Below, piece by piece: positions 34,162-44,700 of a stretch of 58,747 bases of DNA; the first letter of the stretch is position 1, and each line of letters starts with the position of its first letter. The position numbers and the translations under genes are program-made. The notes under the pieces were generated by a model. That model saw only the letters and a program-made list of their open reading frames with translations. It was not told the DNA's origin and made no database searches. Source of the stretch: a virus (lineage: Duplodnaviria > Caudoviricetes); IMG/VR virus record IMGVR_UViG_3300033148_009015, positions 1 to 58,747 of that record; one strand, 5' to 3'.

Positions 34162-34701
34162 ATGCAGACTGCCTTAGTAGGACAGGCGAACGTGGTCGGC
34201 TTGCCCGTAGTGGCCAAGGCGACCGGCGGCCCCATCACATCGGGGACGGTCAACTTCTACCTCATGGCGAGAGATGGCGACAACGCCGGCAAGTGGTATC
34301 GCGGCTCGGACCAGACCTGGCAGTCCAGCGAGTCCATAGCGGGCGCGGCCACGCACGACGCCGACGGCCAGTGGCGGCTGAGCCTGCCGTCGGCCGTCTG
34401 GACCGATGGCGTGCGATACCGGCTGTACGCGAAGGAGTCCGGCGACTTGCACATCCCCGTCGGCGAGGATATACTCGCCGAGACGCCAGTGCTAAGCCAG
34501 ATTGGCGCGACCGTCGGCGAGACGTGGACGACCGCCAAGCTGCTGAAGGTCGTTGGTGCGTTCCTGGCCGGCAAATGGCAGCTCAAGACCGGCGAGACGG
34601 ACGTGTACGAGATTCTCGACCCGGACGACGGCACGACGGTCGTCCTCGAGGTGACGCTCTCGCAGACGACGCCCTACAAGACGGTGACGGTGAAGATATG
34701 A
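34162..34701 (+). CDS. Hypothetical structural protein
   Basis: 179 aa, beta-rich, operonic. Confidence 0.65.
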   Translation: MQTALVGQANVVGLPVVAKATGGPITSGTVNFYLMARDGDNAGKWYRGSDQTWQSSESIAGAATHDADGQWRLSLPSAVWTDGVRYRLYAKESGDLHIPVGEDILAETPVLSQIGATVGETWTTAKLLKVVGAFLAGKWQLKTGETDVYEILDPDDGTTVVLEVTLSQTTPYKTVTVKI

Positions 34702-35249
34702 GCCTTGCGATAATCGGTGACAACCTGATTGCGGCCGCCACGTGCGGCACGCTGCACCTCAAGGCGCTGGCCCGGACGACCAGCGGCAGCGACGTGCTGC
34801 TGAACAGCCCGGCGCGGATTCTGATGCTCTACATCACCGGCGAGCTCGGGCTGATGAGCGACCCGTCCGACTATGCCGACTGGCCGCTGTACGTCGGGTT
34901 CCTGCCGGACGCCCCGGACGCCAAGACGAACGCCGGCTGCGTATACAACACCGTCGGCACGCAGGACGAGAGGCTGATGAGCGGCCCGGTGCCGCAACAC
35001 TTCGGTGTACAGCTGCGAATCCGCTCGACCGACCACAACACGGGCTGGCGCAAAATCGAGGAGGTCGCCAACGCGCTCGACGCCGTCATTAACGCGACGC
35101 TCGCCACGGCCGGCGAGGAGTACGAGATACAGAACCTCAGCCGCATGTCGCCCATACTGGACCTCGGCCTAGAGGTCGGGGCGCGCGAGCGGCGATTCGT
35201 GTTCACGGTCAACTATACGATGACCGTGCGGGAACTACTGAATAATTAG
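34698..35249 (+). CDS. Tail terminator/minor tail protein
   Basis: VQLRIRS...FTVNY; directly before the tail tube gene. Confidence 0.7.
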   Translation: MSLAIIGDNLIAAATCGTLHLKALARTTSGSDVLLNSPARILMLYITGELGLMSDPSDYADWPLYVGFLPDAPDAKTNAGCVYNTVGTQDERLMSGPVPQHFGVQLRIRSTDHNTGWRKIEEVANALDAVINATLATAGEEYEIQNLSRMSPILDLGLEVGARERRFVFTVNYTMTVRELLNN

Positions 35250-35269
35250 CGATTATAGGAGCTCGAAAG

Positions 35270-35707
35270 ATGTCTATTCTAGGGGACGGCCACGGCATGA
35301 GTATCACCTTCGGGAGCCCGCCGTCGGGCGTGACGATTGCCAACATCATGAAGGAGAAGACCGTCACACCGATGTCGATGGAGGGCGGCGGCCCGAACGA
35401 CACGACCACGATGCGGAATACGACGTACCGTACGCGGCAGCCAAAGAATCTCATCACGATGGGCAACGCCACGCTGGTGTGCGCGTATGACCCGCAGCTC
35501 TTCCAGGAGCTCGTGGATATGCTGAACGTGAACCAGGAGATAACGTTCACGTTCCCGGACAATGCCACGCTCGTGGTGTGGGGCTGGATTGACGCCGTCA
35601 CGCCCGCCCCGTGTGCCGAGGGCGAGCAACCGACATGCGAGGTCACCATCGTGGCGAGCAACCAGAACGACGCCGGTGAGGAAACCGCCCCGGTGTACAG
35701 TCCGTAG
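35270..35707 (+). CDS. Major tail tube protein
   Basis: DTTTM, ITFTFPDNA..WGWI; position before chaperone and tape measure. Confidence 0.75.
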   Translation: MSILGDGHGMSITFGSPPSGVTIANIMKEKTVTPMSMEGGGPNDTTTMRNTTYRTRQPKNLITMGNATLVCAYDPQLFQELVDMLNVNQEITFTFPDNATLVVWGWIDAVTPAPCAEGEQPTCEVTIVASNQNDAGEETAPVYSP

Positions 35708-35731
35708 TCCAACGATTCAAGGAGGTGCACA

Positions 35732-36091
35732 GTGCAGGACGTTATGAAGCTGAAGGCCGCCTTCAAGTCGCGGCCCGTCGAAATAACGGACGAGCAGGGA
35801 CAGGTGCGCAGATATACCCTGCGCGAGCTCGACGGCAAGCAGCGGGACCAGTGGTTCTCGCTGATGGGCGACCGCGTGCAAATCGAGGACGGCCGGGTCG
35901 TAGGCGTGCGCAACTTCGACGGCTTTCAGGCCGCGCTGGTAAGCCACTGCCTGTATGACGAGAAGGGCCAGGCGGTGCCAATCGATGAAATCCAGGCGCT
36001 GCCCGCCCGCGTGCAGGACGCGCTGTTCCGCGCCGCGCAGGAGCTCAGCGCCCTGACTGAGCAGTCCGTCGCAGACGCAAAAAACGACTAA
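35732..36091 (+). CDS. Tail assembly chaperone (gpG-like)
   Basis: LRELDGKQRD...CLYDE.G; RBS AAGGAGG; ends in a slippery site. Confidence 0.8.
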   Translation: MQDVMKLKAAFKSRPVEITDEQGQVRRYTLRELDGKQRDQWFSLMGDRVQIEDGRVVGVRNFDGFQAALVSHCLYDEKGQAVPIDEIQALPARVQDALFRAAQELSALTEQSVADAKND

Positions 36092-36453
36092 AGGGTGAGA
36101 CGCTGGCGTGGTTCCGTCTGGCGTCTCACCTGCGAATGCCGGTGGCCGAGTGCCAACGGCGCATGTCGTCGAGCGAATTCGTTATGTGGCAGCATTATCT
36201 GGCGATGGAATACAACATGCCGAGCCGGTCGGACCTGTATGCCGCGCAGACGGCGATGGTCACGGCCCAGGCGCTCGCGGGCAGCAGGGGCCGCCCGTTC
36301 CGCCTGTCGGACTTCGTGCTGCGGTTCCGCGAACCGGCGGGCGGCGGCGACTCGCTATCGCAGCAGCAGCGCGAGGCGCGGTTCAAGGCGTCCATTCTCG
36401 CGGCGTTCGGCGTAAGGCCGACGCGCAAGGAGCGCAAAAATGCCCAACCTTGA
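36079..36453 (+). CDS. Tail assembly chaperone -1 frameshift extension (gpGT-like)
   Basis: A-AAA-AAC heptamer at 36079-36085; -1 frame is open: KRLKGETLAWFRLASHLRMPVAE...MSSSEFVMW. Confidence 0.8.
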   Translation, partial: KKRLKGETLAWFRLASHLRMPVAECQRRMSSSEFVMWQHYLAMEYNMPSRSDLYAAQTAMVTAQALAGSRGRPFRLSDFVLRFREPAGGGDSLSQQQREARFKASILAAFGVRPTRKERKNAQP

Positions 36454-39043
36454 CCTCGGCAACCTGGTGGTCCACCTGAGGCTCGACGACGGCGCCTTTC
36501 GCCTGGGAATGGGCGCCGTCCGCGGTTCGCTCAACGCCATCAAGGGCGGGCTGGGCCAGGTCGAGCGCGTCCTGCGCCGCGCCAGCCAGGCGGCGCTGGC
36601 CTACGGCGCGGTCTCGGTCAAGGCGTTCGCATCGTTCGAGAAGCAGCTCGCGTCCGTATCGACGATGCTGGACGAGCAGACGATGCGATACCTGCCGGGC
36701 TACGAGCGGGCGCTCAAGGCCATGGCGATAGAGTTCGGCGAGGGGACCGAGACACTGTCCAAGGGTCTCTACGACATCCTGTCGGCCAGCATTCCTGCAA
36801 GCAAGGCGATAAACGTCCTGCGGACGTCCGTCGTGGCGGCGACCGCCGGCATGACCACCACGGCCAAGGCCGCCGACGCGATAACGACAATCCTCAACGC
36901 CTACGCCCTCAGCGCCGACCAGGCCGAGTACGTGAGTGACATTTTGTTCGCCACGGTCAAGCGCGGCAAGATTACCTTCGACGAGTTGGCCAGCGGAATC
37001 GGGCGCGCAGCAAGCATTTCCGCCGTGGCGGGGCTCAGCTTGGAGGAGGTCGGCGCGGCGATAGCGACGATGACGCGCTCCGGCCTGCGGGCCGAGATTG
37101 CAATGACGGCCCTGCGCGCAATCGTCACGTCGTTCATGCGGCCCACGGAGGACGCGGCGGCCGCCGCCGAGGCGCTCGGACTCCACCTGAACACGGCGAC
37201 GCTGCGCGCCATGGGTCTGACGGGCGTGCTCCAGCGGCTCCGCACCGCCAGCGCCGAGCAGGTCGCGGCGCTGATGCCGAACGTCCGAGGCCTGACCGGC
37301 ATCGCCTCCGCGCTGAAGCAGGTCGAGGCCAACGCCGACGACCTCCAGTTCATGTACGAGTCGCTGGGCCGGACGCAGGAGGCCTACGGCAAGATGGCCG
37401 GCACGCTGTCGTTCGCGATATCACGGTTGTGGCAGTCGCTCAAGATAACGGCCGTCGGCGTCGGGGAGCGCCTGGCGCCGGTGATGAGGGCGATAGCCGA
37501 CTTCTTCGTCGAGAACCAGCGGACCATCGAGAGCTGGGCCGTCGCCCTGGCCGACCGCGTCGTCTTCGTCGGGCAGGTGCTCATGGACCTCGTCCGGCTA
37601 CTGCGGACGAACTTCCGCGCCGGCATGGAGGGCGCGTTCACGCTGCTGCTCAACATGTTCGAGGCCGCGGCGCGGCTGGCAATCGACCTGGCCGTGCGCA
37701 CGGGCAAGGGCATCTGGAAGGGCATCCGCGAGGGGATATTCGGCAGTACGGAGCGGCAAATCGAGGAGAAGGCCCTGCAATGGTACAAGTCCGGCGGCCA
37801 CCCGATGAAGAAGGTGCCGGGCTTCGGCTATGTTTACGGCTTTGGCGGCGGCTACATGGACACGACGCGCGAAGTGCCCGCCGACGAGGAGCTGATGGAA
37901 CGATATCGCAAGAAGGCGCGCGAGGTCATCGAGAAGCCGTTCTTCGAGGACGTGCTCGAGGGCTTCCCCGAGAAGGTCCGCCAGGTCTTCCGCGACCTGC
38001 AGAAGGACGTGAGCACCGGCAGCGAGCAGGTCGGACAAATCATCGAGCGGCGCCTGTCCGAGCTGCGCTTCAAGGACGCCGCCCGCAAGGCCCGCGACGC
38101 CTGGGAGGGCGTCAAGGAGGGCCTGGAGCCGGTGCTCGGCGTCCTCGGCAAGGTCAAGGACGCGACGCTGGCCTACTTCGGCGCTCAGAAGGCCGCCGAG
38201 CCGATGCAGCGTCTCGCCGCCGAAGACATGGAGGCGTTCGACGAGGCGCTCACGCAGGGGCGCGGCAAGGTGGCCCTGATGATTCGGGAGCTCCAGCACG
38301 AATACAGGTGGCTGGGCATGATTTCCGAGGAGCGCGAGCGCGGCGTCCGGTTGGCACAGTTCGAGCTGGCCGTCCAGGAGGAGCTCGCCGGCCAGCCGCT
38401 CGAGGCGGCGCGGGCGCTGCAGAGGTACAACGAGCTGCTCGAGCGAATCTCCGAGGGCAAGACCGGCCCGGCCGCGATGACCACGGCCCTGAAGCGCTGG
38501 GCCTATGACGCCGGCAATATCTGGCGCAACCTCGGTGACGCCGTGGCCAGCGCCTTCGACCGCATGTCCCGCAGCCTGACCGACATGGTGATGACCGGCA
38601 AGGCGCAGTTCCGCGACTTCGCCCGCGCAGTCGTGGCGGACATCCTCCAAATAATGATACGCTGGCAGATGGTCGCGGGCCTCCAGGCGGTGTTCCCGGC
38701 GATGTTCGCTGCGCGGCCGAGCTATGCCCCGCAGGTGACCATTGGCGAAGCATGGCTCGCCGAGCCGCTGCCGGTACACCATTCCGGCAAGGCGGCGGGC
38801 TGGCATCCGGCCTTCCCGCGCCTGCAGGTGGACGAGTATCCCGCCGTCATCAAGCGCGGCGAGACGATTCTACCTGAGGGGGCCGGCGTCGTGCCGCCAA
38901 CGGTCGTGATAAACAACAACACGGGCCTGCCGCTCGACCAGGCCGGGCCGCCGCGCTTCGACGGCGACCAGTGGGTCGTCAACGTCGTTGTCCGGGACCT
39001 GAACGAGCGAGGACCGATACGCAAGGCGATGGAGGCGATGTAG
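36440..39043 (+). CDS. Tape measure protein
   Basis: 867 aa, Ala-rich helical, TP901-type core (GLYDILSA, TVKRGKITFDEL). Confidence 0.92.
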   Translation: MPNLDLGNLVVHLRLDDGAFRLGMGAVRGSLNAIKGGLGQVERVLRRASQAALAYGAVSVKAFASFEKQLASVSTMLDEQTMRYLPGYERALKAMAIEFGEGTETLSKGLYDILSASIPASKAINVLRTSVVAATAGMTTTAKAADAITTILNAYALSADQAEYVSDILFATVKRGKITFDELASGIGRAASISAVAGLSLEEVGAAIATMTRSGLRAEIAMTALRAIVTSFMRPTEDAAAAAEALGLHLNTATLRAMGLTGVLQRLRTASAEQVAALMPNVRGLTGIASALKQVEANADDLQFMYESLGRTQEAYGKMAGTLSFAISRLWQSLKITAVGVGERLAPVMRAIADFFVENQRTIESWAVALADRVVFVGQVLMDLVRLLRTNFRAGMEGAFTLLLNMFEAAARLAIDLAVRTGKGIWKGIREGIFGSTERQIEEKALQWYKSGGHPMKKVPGFGYVYGFGGGYMDTTREVPADEELMERYRKKAREVIEKPFFEDVLEGFPEKVRQVFRDLQKDVSTGSEQVGQIIERRLSELRFKDAARKARDAWEGVKEGLEPVLGVLGKVKDATLAYFGAQKAAEPMQRLAAEDMEAFDEALTQGRGKVALMIRELQHEYRWLGMISEERERGVRLAQFELAVQEELAGQPLEAARALQRYNELLERISEGKTGPAAMTTALKRWAYDAGNIWRNLGDAVASAFDRMSRSLTDMVMTGKAQFRDFARAVVADILQIMIRWQMVAGLQAVFPAMFAARPSYAPQVTIGEAWLAEPLPVHHSGKAAGWHPAFPRLQVDEYPAVIKRGETILPEGAGVVPPTVVINNNTGLPLDQAGPPRFDGDQWVVNVVVRDLNERGPIRKAMEAM

Positions 39044-39044
39044 C

Positions 39045-39404
39045 ATGTCCGTTACGTTCCCGACGCTGTCGCGCCACCCGAAGGAGAGGGGCGGCCTGAC
39101 CGAGACGAAGGACTTCGACCCGTCGCTGCGGACGCGGCCGGAGGACGGCAAGGTCATCAGCCGCGCCCGGCAGACCGCCGTCAAGCGGCGCTGGCGCGTC
39201 GCCTTCAGCAACATGACGGACGCGGACAAGTCCGCCCTGGAGAGCATGGAGTCCGATGCGCTCATCGGTGCCGACACGATTGCGTGGACGCACCCCAAGA
39301 CTGACGAGCCCATCACAGTGAGGCTGGCCGGGCCAATCGAGTACCGCGTCCAGCCGACGAACGCGGACCTTTGGGAAATTGAGTTCGAGGTGGTCGAGGC
39401 TTGA
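39045..39404 (+). CDS. Distal tail/minor tail protein (gpM-like)
   Basis: Follows the tape measure gene; WTHP...VR..., WEIEFEVVE. Confidence 0.7.
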   Translation: MSVTFPTLSRHPKERGGLTETKDFDPSLRTRPEDGKVISRARQTAVKRRWRVAFSNMTDADKSALESMESDALIGADTIAWTHPKTDEPITVRLAGPIEYRVQPTNADLWEIEFEVVEA

Positions 39405-41380
39405 AGAACCTGCCGGCAAATCTCGTTCTGGAGAAGCACAAAGTGGCCACGTCGAGCGCGTGGCTGGTGCTGCTGCGCATCGAGTTGACCAATGGCACCA
39501 AGTTCCGCCTAGCGCGCAACAACGAGGACGTGGTGCTCAGGCGCGGCACGTTCGCGGCAGACCCGACGCTTTTCCTCAAGCTCAACGACAACGCCAGCAG
39601 CGCCACCGTGGCGGACTCGTCCGGCAACGGCAACGACGGGACCGCCCAGCGCTCGACCTCGGCGATGGCGACGCCGGGCAAGATTTCCTCGGCACTGTAC
39701 TTCGACGGCGACACCGACTACGTGACGGTTCCAACGTCCGCGACCCTCGGCGCCGACTTCTTCAAGGGCGACGAGTGGACCATCGCATTCTGGATGAAGG
39801 CGGACCTCTCCGGCGATGCGGACCAGGACATCTTCAGCGGCACCACGTACAATCCGCGAATCCTGCTCAACAGCGCCTATGGTGACCTATTGTTCGGTGC
39901 GTATGTCTCGTCCAGTTATGTCACGCTGCTCGGTGCCAGCGGCGCGATTTCTGACACCAACTGGCACCACGTGGTCATAACGGCCGACCCGGACAACTAT
40001 ACGATGTACATCGACGGCGTCCAGGCTGCGCAGGAGGCCTACCAGCAAATCGATGGCGGGGCCACGTCCTACCGGCTCGGCGATTCGGGTTGGGGCGGCG
40101 GCTCGATACGAGCATACAAGGGCGCGCTGGACTGCCTGCTCGTGTTCGACCGGACGCTTACGCGCGCCGACATAGACTACCTATATAACGCCGGTCGCGG
40201 CACCGAGACGCTGAGCCTGATAAGCGACGATGACTACTCGGACGCCGAGTGCGTCGGGCACTGGAAGCTCAACGACAACGCCGCCAGCACGACGGTATCC
40301 GACAGCTCCGGCAACTCCAATAACGGCACGGCCCAGCAGAACACCGCGAACATGAGCCAGCACGGCAAGCTGCACCGGGCACTGTACTTCGACGGGGCCT
40401 CGGACTACGTCGCCATTCCGACGAGCACGAGCCTGCCGGCGACGCTGTTTGGCGGCACGAACTGGACAGTGGCCCTCTGGCTCAAGCCGGACCTGGCCGG
40501 GGACGACGACCAGGACATATTCGCCACGACGACCTACCTGCCGCGGCTACGGCTCGAGAAGAACACCGGCAATATCACATTCTCCGGCTTTATCGGCGGC
40601 GCGCACACGAACCTTCTGACCGCCAGCGGCGCCGTAGCGGACGGCAACTGGCACCACGTGGTCGTCACGTCCGACGGCAGCTACTACCGCATGTACGTGG
40701 ACGGCGCCGAGGCCGACTCGACGCCCTATGTGCAGCTCGACTCCTCGGGCGCGACCGAATATCGCCTGGGCGATGCCGGCTTTGGCGGCGGCTCGGTCCG
40801 CGCCTACAGGGGGCTGCTGGACGACGTGCGAATCTTCACGCGCGCGTGGTCCGCCGCCGAGGTCTCCCACTACTACAACGGCGGCGACGGCACCGAGAGT
40901 CTGGGAATCCCGTACATCGCGTTCAACTTCGAGCTCGACCCGATGCGCAGCAGCGGCCGCGACGAGCTGCCCACCCTCGAGCTGCGCGTGGCCAATGTCA
41001 CGCGCCTGCTCGAGTCTGACCTGCAGGCGCTCGACGGCGGACTCGGCTCGACGGTGAACATTCTCGTGGTCAACTCGGACCTGCTCTACGAGGACTACAG
41101 CGAACTCGACATGGAGTTCGAGGTGCTCGCGTGCGACAGCACCGCCAAGTGGATTGTCTTCACGCTGGGCGCGCCGAGCCCGCTGCGCCAGCGGTTCCCG
41201 CGCGACACGTTTCTCGCCCTGCACTGCCGGTACGTGGCGAACTTCAAGGGCGCGGAGTGCGGCTACAGCGGCGCCGAGACCAGCTGCGACGGCACGCTGG
41301 CCACATGCAGAGAGTACGGCAACTCGGAGCGCTTCGGCGGATTCCCAGGAATGAGGTCGGGAAGTGTGCGCATCGCATGA
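39401..41380 (+). CDS. Minor tail protein L-like with two inserted LamG (ConA-like) domains
   Basis: Duplicated KLNDNA.S.TV.DSSGN...ALYFDG..DYV...WHHVV; C-terminal C..Y.G..C.Y.G..C...C...FGGFP. Confidence 0.8.
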   Translation: MKNLPANLVLEKHKVATSSAWLVLLRIELTNGTKFRLARNNEDVVLRRGTFAADPTLFLKLNDNASSATVADSSGNGNDGTAQRSTSAMATPGKISSALYFDGDTDYVTVPTSATLGADFFKGDEWTIAFWMKADLSGDADQDIFSGTTYNPRILLNSAYGDLLFGAYVSSSYVTLLGASGAISDTNWHHVVITADPDNYTMYIDGVQAAQEAYQQIDGGATSYRLGDSGWGGGSIRAYKGALDCLLVFDRTLTRADIDYLYNAGRGTETLSLISDDDYSDAECVGHWKLNDNAASTTVSDSSGNSNNGTAQQNTANMSQHGKLHRALYFDGASDYVAIPTSTSLPATLFGGTNWTVALWLKPDLAGDDDQDIFATTTYLPRLRLEKNTGNITFSGFIGGAHTNLLTASGAVADGNWHHVVVTSDGSYYRMYVDGAEADSTPYVQLDSSGATEYRLGDAGFGGGSVRAYRGLLDDVRIFTRAWSAAEVSHYYNGGDGTESLGIPYIAFNFELDPMRSSGRDELPTLELRVANVTRLLESDLQALDGGLGSTVNILVVNSDLLYEDYSELDMEFEVLACDSTAKWIVFTLGAPSPLRQRFPRDTFLALHCRYVANFKGAECGYSGAETSCDGTLATCREYGNSERFGGFPGMRSGSVRIA

Positions 41381-41381
41381 T

Positions 41382-41780
41382 ATGGTGGACTACAGCGACC
41401 TGATGGACAAGCCGTTCCGGCTGGGCGCCCGGGGCCCGGACGCCTACGACTGCTGGGGCCTGTGCCTCGAGGTGGGCAGGCGCGCAGGCATCGAGTACCC
41501 GGCGGTCTTCACGCCGCCGAGCACGGCCGAGCAGAGCGCCGCCATCGCAAGGACCAGGGACGCCGAGTTCGAGCCAATCGAGCGCCCGGAGCCCTGGTGC
41601 ATAGCGGCGTTCTATGCGACGCCGCCATTCGTGGACCACTGCGGCATCGTGCTGCCGGACAGGCGCCGGTTCCTGCACATCACGGCGGGCGGGCGCGTGC
41701 GGCGCAGCCGCCTCGACTCGCAGTGGGCGACGCAGCGGCTCGCCGGCTTCTATCGGCTACGGGGGGACGCATGCAGATAG
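41382..41780 (+). CDS. NlpC/P60 tail tip assembly protein (gpK-like)
   Basis: GARGPDAYDCWGL, HCGI, FLH. Confidence 0.85.
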   Translation: MVDYSDLMDKPFRLGARGPDAYDCWGLCLEVGRRAGIEYPAVFTPPSTAEQSAAIARTRDAEFEPIERPEPWCIAAFYATPPFVDHCGIVLPDRRRFLHITAGGRVRRSRLDSQWATQRLAGFYRLRGDACR

Positions 41781-44700
41781 TGACCGTGGCCAACCCGTTC
41801 GAGCGCCGCGTCCGCGACGTGCGGACCGTGCAATACAAGGGCCAATCGCTCCTCGAGCTGCTGGACGAGCACTTCGCCCAGGTCGAGGAGCAGGCCGGCC
41901 TACACTTGCCGCGCGAGGGACTGTACGAGAGGATAGCATTGAGCGTGAACGGGCTCGTCGTCCCCCGCGCGTTCTGGGCGTCCACGCGCCCGCGCGAGGG
42001 CGACTGCGTCGTCATCATGCCGGTCGTCGGCAAAAAGAGCGAGACCAAGCAAATCCTGAACGCCGTGGCGATGATAGCCGCGATGGTCGTCGTCGGCCCG
42101 GCGGCGCCCGGCATGATAGAGGCGTTCGGCCGCATCGGCGCGTTCGTCCTCGGCACGGCGGCGGTCGTGGGCACCGGCGTGCTGCTCCAGTCGCTCACGC
42201 CCAGCCCGAAGCTCCGCAGCGCCGAGCCGGACTGGGACGCCTCGCCGACATACGGCTGGAGCCCGGCCACGGCGCAGCGCCAGGGTCTTGCCATTCCGCG
42301 CTTCTACGGGCGCAACAAGCTCTACGGCAACGTCGTGGCCGTGCACACCGAGGTGGACGGCTCGGACGACACGAAGCAGCGGCTCAAGATGCTCGTGGCC
42401 CTCGGCGAGGGGCCGGTCGAGGGCGTCGTCGCCGGCAGCATCAAGATAAACGGCCAGCCGGCGGCGAACTTCTCCGACGTTACGACCGAGGAGCGGCGCG
42501 GCACGCTGAACCAGACGGCGGTCTCGTTCTTCGACGAGACCAAGCCGGAGTACCGCCCGAACCGCGTCGTCACGAACACCGGCGGCTCCGTGACATATAC
42601 GACGCCCGATGATGACTTCGACGACCTGGAGATAGAGCTGGGCTTCACGCGCGGCCTGTACTATGCCAACGACCAGGGCGGCCTCTCGTCGCATTCGGTC
42701 GGCGTCAAGATAGAGCTCAGCGTGCACGAAGCCGACAGCTGGAGCACGCTGGTCGAGACGACCATCTCGGACGCTACCAACGCGCCGAAGCGGGCCAGCT
42801 ACCGCACAGGCACGTCGTATCCGGGCGGGAGCTCGCCGACCGTCACGCGGGGCAGCAAGTACGACATCCGCATCACGAAGACGACCAGCGACCAGAGCAG
42901 CGCCCGGTACGCCGACGAGCTGCGGCTGCTGGCCGTGCGCGAGGTGCTGGACGACGACTTCGCATATCCCGGCATCGCCCTGCTGGGCGTCTCGGCGCTT
43001 GCGACCGACCAGCTGTCCGGCTCGGTTACCGTCTCGTGCGTGCAGGACGGCCGCATCGTCAACACCTACGACGGCTCATCCTGGACGCTCCAGCACAGCG
43101 ATAACCCGGCCTGGGTTCTCTGGGACATCCTGACCCGGCCGGTCATCAGCGGCGACGGCAGCACCGGCTCGCCCTACGCAATCGAGCGGTACGACGGCAT
43201 ACCCCCCTCGCGGCTCGACTCGGCGGCGTTCTACGAGCTCGCCCAGTTCTGCGACCAGCTCGTGGACAACGGCAAGGGCGGCACGGAGAAGCGAATCACC
43301 TTCAATGGCGGCTGGGACGCCGGGACGACCGTGTGGCGCGCCGCGATGGACGTTTGCGCCGTCGCCCGCTGCTCGCTCGTCTGGAACGGGGCGAACCTCA
43401 CGGTCGCCATCGACAAGGCCGACACACCGGCCCAGATGTTCACCGTGGCCGACATAATCCAGGACTCCTACCGGCAGATGTATATGCCGCAATCGGAGCT
43501 CGCCTCCGAGATAGAGGTGCACTACAGGGACGCCGACCAGGACTACGAGCGGATCCCCTTCTCCGTCGTGGAGCCCGCCATCCCCTCGACAGCCTCCCGC
43601 ATCACGCTCGACCTGGTCGGCGTCACCAAGCAGTCCGAGGCGTGGCGCGCCGCCATGCACCGACTGGCGAAGAACCGCTACCTCAAGAGCACCGTCCAGA
43701 TAGACGCCGACATCGACGCAATCGCGTGCACCGTCGGCGACGTGGTGTACCTCCAGCACGACGTGCCCGAATGGGGCCAGGCGGCGCGCGTCGCCTCGGC
43801 GCCGGACGCAATGACCATCATCGCCGACAAGGACCTGACCTACGAGCCCGGCCAGAGCTATGAGGTCATGCTCCGCAAGCAGGACGGCGCGCTCAACCAG
43901 CGTAGCGTATCGAATCTCTACAGCGAGATAACCGGCGTGGATACGTCGGCCAGGACGTTCAGCATCGCCGGCGACTACTCGGCGCACTACAGGGACGGCG
44001 ACTCGATTCGCGTTGCGAACAGCACCGGCAACGACGGCACCTACACGGTGAGCGGCAACGCCACCGCCGCAACCGGCGAGACGGTCATAACGGTCGTCGA
44101 GGACATACCCGACTCGACGGCGGACGGCGGGCTGTTCAACCAGCGCCGTGTGGTGGTGACATTGCCCTTCACAGACGCCGACGGGCTCGCCGAGGCCGCC
44201 GCCGAGGACGACATGTTCTATTTCGGGCGGCAGAATATCGACCTCAAGAAGTACCGCGTGCTGCACCTGGCCCGCAGCAGCGAGCAGCGCGTCTCGCTGA
44301 CGCTCATCGAGTACAATGAGAACGTATACGGGCCGGACGGCCAGACGCCGACGATTCCCGTGGCGGACTACAGCCCGCCCGACTCGGACCTGACGGTGCT
44401 CGGCAGGCCCCGGAGCTTCGGCGAGCTGCGCGACCTGGTGCCGTTCAGCACCGTCGCCGGGCCGAAGATAGACGTGCCCCTGACGACGAACCTCGCCTGG
44501 TCCGGCTCGACGGCCGGCTCGGTCTACTGGAGTGCCGCCGACGGGACCAACCCGATTCTATTGCGCTACAAGGGTACGACGTACGAAATCACGCCCGGCA
44601 ACACGGCGAATGCCTACGTCTACTGGGACCTGGCCAGCCCGACGGCGTTCCAGAGCACGAACTCGCTGTCGTCCATCGACGCCAGTGCCGACCAGTGGAT

